From: Octopus sinensis
Lineage: Eukaryota
DNA: 64,000 nt
Assembly: GCF_006345805.1 (NCBI RefSeq)
Contig: NC_043000.1
Location: forward strand, 92,566,001-92,630,000
Direction: 5' to 3'
The translations under genes were made by a program, and so were the position numbers. The notes beneath the pieces are model-generated. The model made no database searches, was not told where the DNA came from, and was given only the letters and a program-made list of their open reading frames with translations. How positions within the stretch are numbered: position 1 is the first letter of the stretch; every line of letters starts with the position of its first letter. Below are positions 41,697 through 52,355 of the stretch, in pieces.

Positions 41697-42590
41697 TACG
41701 AGATGGTATCAAAAAGTTCCCAGACTAGTTTTGTAACACACCAATTGATGGCAGCACACAGTTGTGTGTACAGTGAGAGCTAGCAGTGACCTTCATGAGG
41801 CAGTGTGCCAAGTGACATTGTGAGATTTGTGTTTTTGTGATCACATGATTGCTGTAGTCTGCGATTTTTTTCACGGACCGGAACAAAAATTCCAGCGTGA
41901 AATTTTGCTTTAAACTTGGAAAGTCTGCTATAGAGACATTGAACATGCTTCAGTAAGCTTAGAGTAAGAAGGCAATGGGTCCTACACAATGTTGCAAGTG
42001 GCTTGGGTGCTTCAAAAGCAGTAGTAGTATGTCTCTGGAAGATGATGTGCAATCTGGAAGACCTGTCATGAGCGTCATCCTCAGAAATGTGGTATTGTGC
42101 ATCAAAACTTCATCCCCCAGGGCCAGACCATCAATCAAGAGTTCTACTGTGATGTTTGGAAGCATTTGGAGGAAACATTTGTCGAAAGTGACTGGAACTC
42201 TGGAGCACAAAGAATTGGATTTTTTTCACGACGACAATGTAACCCTTTCACTGAGCTCTCCTCTCTCATGAGTTTCTCTCCAAAAGCAACCAAGTATCAC
42301 TTCCACATCTACCCTATTTGCCAGATTTAGCACCTGCAGACTTCCATCCCTTCCCCAAGATGAAAATGCAATTCAGAGGTTGCTGTTTTAAGACTATTGT
42401 TAAAATCCAGGAAAAATTGCAGAAGGTCCTTGACTTGTTTAGGCTGGATTCCTAAAGTGGCAGGAACACTGGAATAAGTATATTGCTTTGCAAGATGACT
42501 ATTTTGAAGGATATAATGTTAAAACTTAAATAAATAAGTTATTTCTTATTAAGCATAACTAGTCTGAGAACTTTTTGATACCATCTCATA
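41697..42590 (+). mobile_element. Internally deleted mariner transposon
   Basis: TIRs tacgagatggtatcaaaaagttcccagactagtt / aactagtctgagaactttttgataccatctcata in TA context; remnants VKFCFKLGKSAIETLNML, LEDDVQSGRP, FIPQGQTINQEFYCDV, FHDDN, PYLPDLAPADF, DYFEG. Confidence 0.9.
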
Positions 42591-42868
42591 TATACATATA
42601 TGTAACATATGGTATAATTATAAACCAGACAAATTTTAGCCATTTCTCTCCACAAACTGAAAAATATTACAAACAACCTTAATCAATTTTCAAACCCTAT
42701 TATGTTCTCATCAGAGAAGTCTACATCATTCTGACACTCTCCAGAGAAGCAAGCAGCCAAACTGTTTATATACTCAACAAATGTTGCAGTTACTCTATGA
42801 AGGAGTTCCTAATTTGAATACTGAAAGTGTTTAACACACTATAAATATCAGCAGCCTGTCTATGTATA

Positions 42869-43105
42869 TCATCATCATCATCATCATCATCATCATCGTT
42901 TAACGTCCGTTTTCCGCGCTAGCACGGGTTGGACGGTTTCGACCGGGGAGCTGCCCCAGGCTCCAGTCTAGTCTGGCAGTGTTTCTACAGCTGGATGCCC
43001 TTCCTAACGCCAACCACTCCGCGAGTGTAGTGGGTGTTTTTTACGTGCCACCTGCACAGGTGCCAGAGGGGTCTGGCATCGGCCACGTTCGGATGGTGCT
43101 TTTTA
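42869..43105 (-). mobile_element. Young RTE-like 3' UTR copy (CpGs retained)
   Basis: (CAT)n cgtttaacgtccgttttccgcgctagcacgggttggacgg...ggatgcccttcctaacgccaaccactcc. Confidence 0.8.
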
Positions 43106-43921
43106 TGGGGGGGGGGCAGAAATATAGGGGAGCACCAGTGGGAGGGGTGGTTCAGAGAAATGATGACAGGTTCTAGGCAAGTAGAACGTAGGATATCGAG
43201 AGAGGGGTAATGCATGGTGAAATAGCGTATTGAAGAGGGGGGGTTCAAGGAGTAGACACCTATAATGGTGGTGGGAGAAAACGACATCCGGCATAGATGG
43301 AGCAAAATAGAGATATCCGGTATTGGTGGTGGGGGTGGGTAGGGAGGGCGCGCCGCGAATACGCGAAGGTTGATAGGGGAGAGAGCGATGACTTGGACGG
43401 GCAAAATTATCGCAGCACATAATAATAAAGAGATATTTAGGGGGGACGGTGGAGAAATAGAGAAATTATCAGCACATAATGATGAGTAATAAACCGATTA
43501 ACAGCTAGAGGTCAGACAATTTTGCATGAAAATATTGCTGGTAGAGATACGGGATGAATTAAAGTTCAAAGATTTCTTATCTTGGGATCACTTCGTTTAC
43601 GGACAGACTTGGCAAAAGGAATTCGAAATCAAGAATGAGGCAGGTTACTAGCTTAAGTATGCATAGCCATGGAGAGGAGTAGGAAGAGAGGAGTCCAGAC
43701 AATGTAAAAGAGGGGGAGAGAAGAAAAAGAAGAGAGAAAGTGGCCACCCCGCGAAGAATCGGCGGCCATTTCGATCAGCCCTGTAAGGGAGATCTTAAAT
43801 ATCTATAACGATAACTAATGAATTATACAGAATATGCAAAAACGTGGCGAGGCTGAAATAGTAAACAGAGTAGCGACTAGGGGGATCAGAATAATAATAA
43901 ATAGTAATAATTATAATAGTA

Positions 43922-43971
<50 letters not shown>

Positions 43972-44210
43972 CCGATTAACAGCTAGAGGTCAGACAATTT
44001 TATATATATATTTATTCTTTTATTCATTTCAGCCATGCAGCTGCAGTCATCCTGGAACACCACTGTGCTGTCTATACTATAGACAGTGACTCTGAAGTTT
44101 CAGCCAGCTAAGCCTTGATTAGATTTTGTACTCAATAAAAGTATGGAGTAGACCTTCAAATTAATGTAGAATTGTTTTTATTATAACTGAACATAAAACA
44201 AACATTCATA

Positions 44211-44247
<37 letters not shown>

Positions 44248-44255
<8 letters not shown>

Positions 44256-44858
44256 AGTGAATGGAAGAAATGGAGTTGAACAAAGATTGTACAGAATTCC
44301 TTTTATTACATTCTACACATGTTTCAAAGGCCACAAATTTCCAAATTCTGATTAAATAAGGGTACCATATTGTGGCTTCTCTTCAGGAAAACAGGAATTC
44401 CGTTGACAGAACAAAACAAAACAGAGGCGCAGCAACGCAATTCGAACGAGGACGCTCCTTAAGAGCCCATGGCTGAACTCCATGGGCTCTTAAGGAGCGT
44501 CCTCGTTCGAATTGCGTTGCTGCGCCTCTGTTTTGTTTTGTTCTGTCAACGGAATTCCTGTTTTCCTGAAGAGAAAGCCACAATATGGTACCCTTATTTA
44601 ATCAGAATTTGGAAATTTGTGGCCTTTGAAACATGTGTAGAATGTAATAAAAGGAATTCTGTACAATCTTTGTTCAACTCCATTTCTTCCATTCACTAAT
44701 AATATTAAACTTCAATTATCCGCACCAATGCACGGTTGCAACACCAAATGGTCTTTTCTCCAACCGTGGTTTTTCTGCTGTGATTTTTGCTACCCAGGTA
44801 TCGGTTAAACTTTTGAATAATCTGTAACAAGAAAATTCATCTTTCTATTTCAACAAAT
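44248..44858. mobile_element. Near-perfect 458-bp palindrome plus extension (young Penelope-like derivative, inferred)
   Basis: Arms 44248-44472 and 44480-44705 differ by one indel as far as seen; 7-nt loop ctgaact; extension 44706-44858; (TA)n on both sides. Confidence 0.85.
44552..44659 (+). ncRNA. Putative minimal type I hammerhead ribozyme (mirror copy on minus strand in the left arm)
   Basis: ttc-CTGAAGA(44566-72)-stem II gaaagccacaa/ttgtggccttt-GAAA(44628-31)-C-ATGT-GTA(44637-39)-gaa; distal gaattcc/ggaattc pairing; followed by aataaa. Confidence 0.6.
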
Positions 44859-44872
44859 ATATATATATATAT

Positions 44873-45075
44873 ATTGGTAAAAACGGTAAAATAACAAAAG
44901 AAAGAAAGAGACCTCAATATTATGTAAATAGAGGAAATTTATCTGTAAAATATGTGACAATTATTCAGATGGCCAGATAACTGAAGAGATGGTGTTGTGG
45001 ATTTCCATCTCGGCATCAGAAACTCAGAGTTTTATCTTGGCTACCGAATAATTGCCACATATTATTTTACAGATA
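44873..45075. mobile_element. Fold-back insert with hammerhead-like core
   Basis: Extension 44873-44940; arms 44941-44980 and 45032-45075; between them CTGAAGA-gatg..catc-a-GAAA-ctcagag-TT. Confidence 0.7.
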
Positions 45076-45846
45076 TATATATATTATATATATATTATAT
45101 ATATATATATACATCCATCCATCCATCCATACATACATACATACATAAATACATACATACATACACGGGCATACACACACACACACACACACATGCATAT
45201 ACAGATATATAAACACATACATACTCATACATACAAATGTACATACATACCATTATTATTACCATAATCATCTTAACTTCAACCTTTCTATGCTTGCATA
45301 GGTCAGAAAAATTCCTTGAGGCAGATTTTATGTAGCTATATATGCATGAATGTGTGTGTGTGTGTGTGTGTATGTACGTGTTTGGATCCTGTCAAATCAT
45401 CCAACCCTTTCCAGCATCAAGGACAGACTTTAAATGATGAAGATGATGATGATGACAACAATAATAATGAGGATGTATTGACTTCTAATGATATAATAAT
45501 AATAATCATAATAGTAATTTCCTAAGTCTGAGCTATAGGGAAACGTGAAATATTTTTTGGCAATAAATATCTCTCTCAAGGGCATCAATGTTGTTGGGTA
45601 GGAGTGAATTGTGTTGGCTGTATTTTTACAGCTTGATTGTACATTTTTCATTAGGTACCAAGCCAAAAAGAAAATATGTAATCAATTTAATCAAACTCTG
45701 TATATTAGTGATGTATAATTATATTTTCTTCAATACATGATTTGTATCTTCAATGCAAACTTCCTCAAAACTAGTTTTATTTGAAGTATCCATAGTTAAA
45801 TTCAAATCTTGGAGCAAAATTTCGTTATTATTATTACATTATTATT

Positions 45847-46730
45847 ATTCAGTAGTTTTTTTTATAGCGTGCTTTCACTTCACTACCGAGCGCAGCTCTG
45901 TGTGCTTGGGTATGTGCTGTGATTTGTTGTGAGCTCTGATGTTATTGTATGGAAAGTGTTCTGCGTAGGATGTGTGCAGTGCCTAGTAGTGCAATTTCTA
46001 GTATGTTATATGTGTTTGTAAGTCCTGGTGTTTTTTTATGTATTTGTCTGAATATTTTTTTATCATGCCTAATGCACCTACTATGATAGGAATTGTTTCT
46101 GTTTTCAGATTCCACATCTAGTTACCTCTATTTCCAGTCTTTGTATTTTGAGAGTTTCTCCATTTCTTTTAGAGACACGTTGTCATCAGCCGTATTGATA
46201 CATCAATTAGAAAGCATTTTTTTTCTTCATGATCTCTGACAACTATATCTGGTCTGTTGGCCTTAATTTCCTCTATCTGTGTGTATCGGCATATCCCAGA
46301 GTATGGTTGCTTTCTCGTTTTCTGTGACCTTTTCTGGTGTGTGCCTATACCATCTTTTTTCTTGTGTTATTCCATAATGTTGGCATAGCTTCCAATGTAT
46401 GTAGGTTTCCAACTCTGTCATGTCTGTGAATATATTCTTCTTAGCCAGGACTGGGCAGCTAGAGATATATGATTTATTGTTTCTTGTCCATCTCCACATA
46501 TTCTGCAGTTATTGTAATATTTCTTTCATTACATGTTTTTGGTAATTTTGGTGGGGAGGCTTTGGTCTGTTGTGCTGCAATTAAAAATCCCTCTGTTTCT
46601 GCTTTGAGTCCTGAGCTTCTCAACCATTACTGGGATTTTTCTTTGTCTATTTCTTTTGCGTTTAGTTTAGTCCAGTATTTACCATGAAGGGGCTTTTCTT
46701 GCCATCGTTTTATCATGGTTGGTTCGTTGC
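45847..46730 (-). mobile_element. R4/Dong-clade non-LTR retrotransposon, 5'-truncated and frameshifted, in (TTA)n
   Basis: WQEKPLHGKY, WLRSSGLKAETEGFLIAAQ, CCHC knuckle CRICGDGQETINHI.SSC, ILWDMPIHTDR..KANRPDIVV, IPIIVGALG, IALLGTAHILRRTL; 3' end runs into (TAA)n. Confidence 0.9.
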
Positions 46731-47254
46731 TGTCTATTTTTATTATTATTATTATTATTATTATATTATTATTATTATTATTATTATTATATTATTATTA
46801 TATTTTATATTATTTTTTATTATAATCATTCATTTCATCCATCTTCACATTCTGAGTTCAAATTCCACTGAGGTCAACCTTGCATCTTATCTTCTCAGGG
46901 TCAAAGAAGTACCAGTTAATCATTGAGGTCAATGAAATCAACTTACTCCTTCCCCTGAAATTACTGGCCTTGTGCAATTTGAATGTATTATTGTTGTTGT
47001 TGTTGTTGTTGTTATTATTATTAAGATGGCAAGCTGGCAGAATTGTTAGCACACCAAGCAAAATGCTTACCAGCATTTGTCCATCTTTACATTCTGAGTT
47101 CAAATACTGCCAAGGCTGACTTTTACCTTTCATCCTTTAGGGGTCGATGAAATAAGTATCTGTTAAGTACTGGGATTAATGTAATTGACTGTCTCCCTCC
47201 GCCAAATTTCAGGCCTTGTACCTATAGTAGAAAGGATTATTATTATCATTATCA

Positions 47255-47535
47255 TTTATCGTCTTTGCACAGCTTCTAATGCTTGAGATGTACTATGGTG
47301 CCAGCTGTTCACTACTAGTAAACCCATTATTTTTCGAGCATCATCCGGAGTATTTGAGCAGTTCCAAGCAGTGCTGTTTTCTGCAAGTGCTCCACCCTTA
47401 TTGCAGTCCCTATTAGTTCCATGTACTTCTCAAGATTTCTACTCACTGTTCCCAGGGCTTCGACAATTATTGGTACTACTACCACCTTTTTCAGTGACCA
47501 CAACTGCTTAACCTCCCAAGCTAACTTGTCATATG
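47255..47535 (-). mobile_element. Second R4/Dong-like subfamily, 3' end
   Basis: YDKLAWEVKQLWSLKKVVVVPIIVEALGTVSRNLEKYMELIG...LQKTALLGTAQILRMMLEK*. Confidence 0.8.
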
Positions 47536-47574
47536 TATTAACTTTTCATTTATTATTATCATCATCATTATTAC

Positions 47575-47627
<53 letters not shown>

Positions 47628-47669
47628 TATTATTATTATTATTGTTGTTGTTGTTGTTGTTGTTGTTAT

Positions 47670-48202
47670 TGAGTGAGAGAGCAGTGCATGCCATCAAAGT
47701 GACACTGGGGTAAAATATACAAAGCCCAGTATACCCATCATAACTACCTGTCTGATAAGGATACACTAGGTACATGCATCACAACCATATGTGCACGACA
47801 TGGTGATCTCATATCAAGATAAACAGCACATGACCTTGCAGGTAGGGCCCAGTTAGAATTTTCTTCTGGTTGAGTAACCCATCCCACTCAAAAGGTCCCT
47901 GAATAAGGGCTAAGGATGTTGAATGAAACACCCATGTTTCCAGAGGTTAACTATTCAAAACCCCAAAGAATCCCCCTCAACACATGGCTATGATGCTCCC
48001 CCTCTACTTCTGCTCATGATCAGAGATGCACATATCATCAGCTACTAAGGGACATGCTCAACTGCTTAAGGTCAAACAACTGACAAGCAAATCTGTGATA
48101 TTGAGCAGAATATACCAAGACAAAACAATGTACATGATAACACTTCCAATCAGTTAAGATCAAAAGCAATGAGTGCCACTGCCTGGTACTGCATCAGGGC
48201 AT
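47670..48202. mobile_element. ~550-bp non-coding repeat embedded in (TTA)n, copy 3
   Basis: Collinear with 19166-19714, with small deletions. Confidence 0.85.
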
Positions 48203-48226
48203 TTATTATTATTGTTGTTGTTGTTG

Positions 48227-48257
<31 letters not shown>

Positions 48258-48289
48258 GCTGTTGTTGTTGTTGTTGTTGTTGTTGCTGC

Positions 48290-48324
<35 letters not shown>

Positions 48325-48387
48325 TTGTTATTATCATTATTATTATGATTATTATTATTATTATCATTATTAATATTATCATTATCG

Positions 48388-48448
<61 letters not shown>

Positions 48449-48489
48449 CATTATTATTATTATTATTGCTATTATTATTTAGAATAAGA

Positions 48490-49195
48490 AGAAAGCAATG
48501 AGTTGGTAGAATCATCAAGCTATCAGGCAGAATGCTAAGCCACATTTCTTCCAGTTCGTTATGTTCTGTGTTCACATTCTGCCAAGATCATCATTGCTTT
48601 CCATCCTTCTGGGGTCAATAGCATAAATACCAGCAGAACACTGAAGTTGATGTAATTGATTATTCTCACCCCAGGAATTATTGAAATTGTATCAGAATTT
48701 GGAATTGTCTGAGGCAGTGAGCGCAGAATTATTAGGACACCAGACACAATGCTTAGCAGCATTTCTGCCAGCTTTTTACTTTCTAAGTTCAAAGTTTCTA
48801 AGTTCCACCAAAGTTCATTTTGTTTCTCATCCTTTCAGGGTCAATAAAATAAGTAACAATTGAGCTCTGGAGGCGATGTAACTAACTTCTACAATCCTCT
48901 GAAATTGCAAGCCTTGTACTAAAACAGGATACCATTATCATTATTATTATTATTATGCAAAAAGGTAACCAGCTGGTAGAACCATTAACATGGTGGGCAA
49001 AATGCTTCGTGGCATTTTGTCTGTCTCTACTTTCCAAATTAAAATTCCACTGCAGTTGACTTTACCTTTCATCTTTTTGGTGTCAATAATATATGTACCA
49101 GTTGAACATTGGGGTTGATGTAATTGACTTATCCAGCCCACAAATTTCAGGACTTGTGCCTATAGTAGAAATGATTATTATAGTAGAAAGGATTC
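48490..49195 (+). mobile_element. Three tandem Deu/Nin-like SINE copies
   Basis: Repeated catcctt..ggggtcaata...tacca motif and ggc.ttgt.c 3' ends. Confidence 0.7.
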
Positions 49196-49203
49196 TTATT
49201 ATT

Positions 49204-49550
49204 ATTCAGTAGTTTTATTTTTATAACTTGCTTTCATTTCACTGCCGAGCACATCTCTGTGTGCCTTGGGTATGTACTGTGGTTTGTTGTGATACTCTTA
49301 TGGTTACTGTATTGAAAGTGTTTTGCGTAGGATGTGTGCAGTGGCAAGTAGTGCAATTTTCTGTATGTTATATATATTTGTAAGTCCTGGTGTTTCTGTT
49401 ATGTATTTGTCTGAATATTTTTTATCATACCTAATGCACCTACTATGATAGGAATTGTTTCTGTTTTTAGATTCCACATACGAGTTACCTCTATTTACAA
49501 GTCTGTTTCTGTTTTTAGATTCCACATTTGAGTTACCTCTATTTCCAGGT
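49204..49550 (-). mobile_element. R4/Dong-like LINE 3' fragment (family of 45847-46730)
   Basis: KYSDKYITETPGLTNIYNIQKIALLATAHILRKTLSIQ*; local ~48-bp tandem duplication at its 5' end. Confidence 0.85.
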
Positions 49551-49554
49551 ATTA

Positions 49555-49604
<50 letters not shown>

Positions 49605-49674
49605 ATCATCATCATCATAATCATCATCATCATCATCGTCATTATTGTTGTTATCATTATTATTATTATTATTA

Positions 49675-49962
49675 TTTTCGTATATACACTCAACAGATTA
49701 GATTGTTGGAAACAAAAAATCACACTACAATATCACGCTACAAGTAACCTTAGATGCCAAGAACCCTCCTAAGTATTCTAGCTGTCCCTAATAACACTAT
49801 TTTCTACAGCTGTACTAAACTGGGTTTTATACCTATTTCTTCTATCCATCTGTTAAGATCTTTAAGGATAGTTATCCAATGCACCTATAAATACAGGGAT
49901 ACATTTTACCCACATTTTCCATAGTCTCTGAAATTCAATACCTAGGTCCTGGTACTTTCCTA
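49675..49962 (-). mobile_element. Third R4/Dong-like subfamily, 3' end
   Basis: KYQDLGIEFQRLWKMWVKCIPVFIGAL...KIVLLGTARILRRVLGI*. Confidence 0.8.
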
Positions 49963-49964
49963 TG

Positions 49965-50012
<48 letters not shown>

Positions 50013-50019
50013 GTTATTA

Positions 50020-50515
50020 TATGAAAGCTCACAGCTTATTTTTCTGGGTAAGATGGAAAGTGTCAGCTGTCCACAGCCAGCATACTAAATGACACTTGTT
50101 TACTGGTCATGCTTCAAGAACCCTGTGGAAAATTCTTGTAGTTCCAAGCAATGCCAATTTTTGAAGGTGTTCTACCTTTGCAGTTGCACGAATAATTTTC
50201 AGTCATATTGGTAGTTGAGTGTTGATACTTCCAAGTGTACCAATTACTATTGGTATTATGTCTACCCTCTTCATTGATCACAACCTTCATATTTCCCACT
50301 TCAAATCGTCATAGTTGTTTATTTTTTCTTATTTTTTCACATTGATCCTGTTGTCACTGGGACATGCTATGTTGATAATCATACATGTTCTTCCTTTTTT
50401 ATTCACCACAACGATGTCTGGTTTCCAAAGTCTGGTCAGGTGATCGCACTGGATCATTACATCCCACAGGATTTTACAGTTCTCATTTTGGGTGACTGCT
50501 TCTGGGGTTTGCTCA
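50020..50515 (-). mobile_element. Fourth R4/Dong-like subfamily, RLE domain and 3' end
   Basis: EQTPEAVTQNENCKILWDVMIQCDHLTRLWKPDIVVVNKKGRTCMIINIACP...IIPIVIGTLG...LQKLALLGTTRIFHRVLEA* with in-frame stops. Confidence 0.85.
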
Positions 50516-50779
50516 TTATTATTGTTATTAAACTATTAAACTATTATTATAGTTATTATGGAGAGTGATAGATAGGCGGAATTGGTAGAGTGTTGGAATT
50601 TGTGTCTTGTAATATTTGTTCTGGCACTTTACATTTTGAGTTCAAATTGTGTTAAGGTCAGCTTTGCCCGTCATCTCTTCAGGGTTGATAAAATATAGCA
50701 CCAGTCAAATACTGGTACTTGCCACCCATCAGAATTTGTGGTCTTGTGTCATTTAAAAATCATTATCATTATTAAAAAA

Positions 50780-51100
50780 TGGTATTCCGTCAGTTATGAC
50801 AATGAGGGCTCCAGGTGATCTGTTCAAAGGAACAGACTGCTCGTGAAGATTAACATAGAAGTGGCTGAGCACTCCATAGACACATGTACCCATAGTGTAG
50901 TTCTCAGGGAGATTCAGTATGACAGTATGACAAAGTTGGTCCTTTGAAATACAGGTACAACTCAATTTTGCCAGATGAGTGGACAGGAGTAACATGAAAT
51001 AAAGTGTCTTGTTCAAGGCCATAACATACAGCTGGGAATTGAACTCACAACCTTACAATTGTGAGCTAAATGCCTTAACCACTAAGCCATGTGCCTTCAC
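50780..51100 (-). mobile_element. tRNA-derived SINE, tail type B
   Basis: Reverse-orientation relative of 12720-12975. Confidence 0.75.
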
Positions 51101-51553
51101 CATTATTATCATAATGAAGAGTGGTAAAGTGATAGAGTTGTTAGAGCATTAAACAAACTGTCATATGATATTGTTTCTGGCTCTTTATGTTTTGAGTTCA
51201 AATCCCACAAAAAACGGTTTTGCTTTTCATTCCTTTTGGGTCAATAAAATAGAGTACCAGCCAAGCACTGGGATTTCAGTGTAATCAATTACTACTCCTC
51301 CCCTCAAAATCACTGGCCTTGTACCAAAATTAGAAAGTATTACAGAAGGGCTAGCAGAATGGTTAATGTACCAGATAAACTGCATAGTGACATTTCTTCC
51401 AAGTCTTTAAATTCTGAGTTCAATTCTTATCAGAGTCACATTTGTCTTACTCTCACTTAAAATTACTGGACTTGTGCAAAAACTTAAAGTTAGAAATCAT
51501 CATCATCATCATTATTATTATTATTATTTTTATTATTATTGTTATTATTATTA

Positions 51554-51617
<64 letters not shown>

Positions 51618-52021
51618 CATTATTATTATTAAGGAAGAGAGATGGTAAGATAGCATCTGGAAAAGCTGACTTCAAATTCTGCCACGGTCAACTTTGCCTT
51701 TCATCTCTGTCAGGGTCAATAACATATATGTAGTAGTTTTGTACTGGGGTCAATCTAATCAATATGTCCCCTCTGCCAAATTTGCTAGCCTTGTGCCAAA
51801 CATTTAAAATTATTATTATTATTAATATTATTGTGAAGGACAGTGGATTGGTCGAATTGTTAAGAGCATTGGTAAAATATCAAGCTTTGTTATTCTTCCC
51901 TCTTGGGTCAATAAAATAAAATGAAATACCAGACATGAAATAGGGCTGATTGCATCAAGTAGCTCCTTCCTCTTATGAGTTTTGTCTTTGTGTTTATATT
52001 AGAAGTGGATGCTGATGCTGA

Positions 52022-52355
52022 GACCTCCTTCGGTCATGACTGACCAAGGGATTGCGCCTAGAAAGTAACCCTCCCAGGCACAAGTCCGAGCAAGGTTGTT
52101 TATGGAAGACCAGCAGTTGCCCATGCATACCAGCCTCCCCTGTCCACACCTCTGATGTTATCTAAGGGAAAAGCAAAGGCTGATACAGCTTGGCACCTGT
52201 GATGTCGCAACTCATTTCTAGAGCTAAATGAATTGGAGCAACATGAAATAAAGATTCTTGCTTAAGAACACAACATGCAGCCCAGTCCAGGATTCAAACT
52301 CACAACCTCGTGATAGTAAGCTTGACACTCTAACCACTGAGACATGTGCCTTCAC
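52022..52355 (-). mobile_element. tRNA-derived SINE, tail type C
   Basis: Tail ctccttcggtcatgac..gggattgcgcctagaaag...agggaaaagcaaagg shared with 61935-62270; reverse tRNA head. Confidence 0.8.

Noticed and set aside
44383-44699. Two opposing ORFs of 66 and 76 aa
   Set aside because: By-products of the palindrome; no family similarity recognised.
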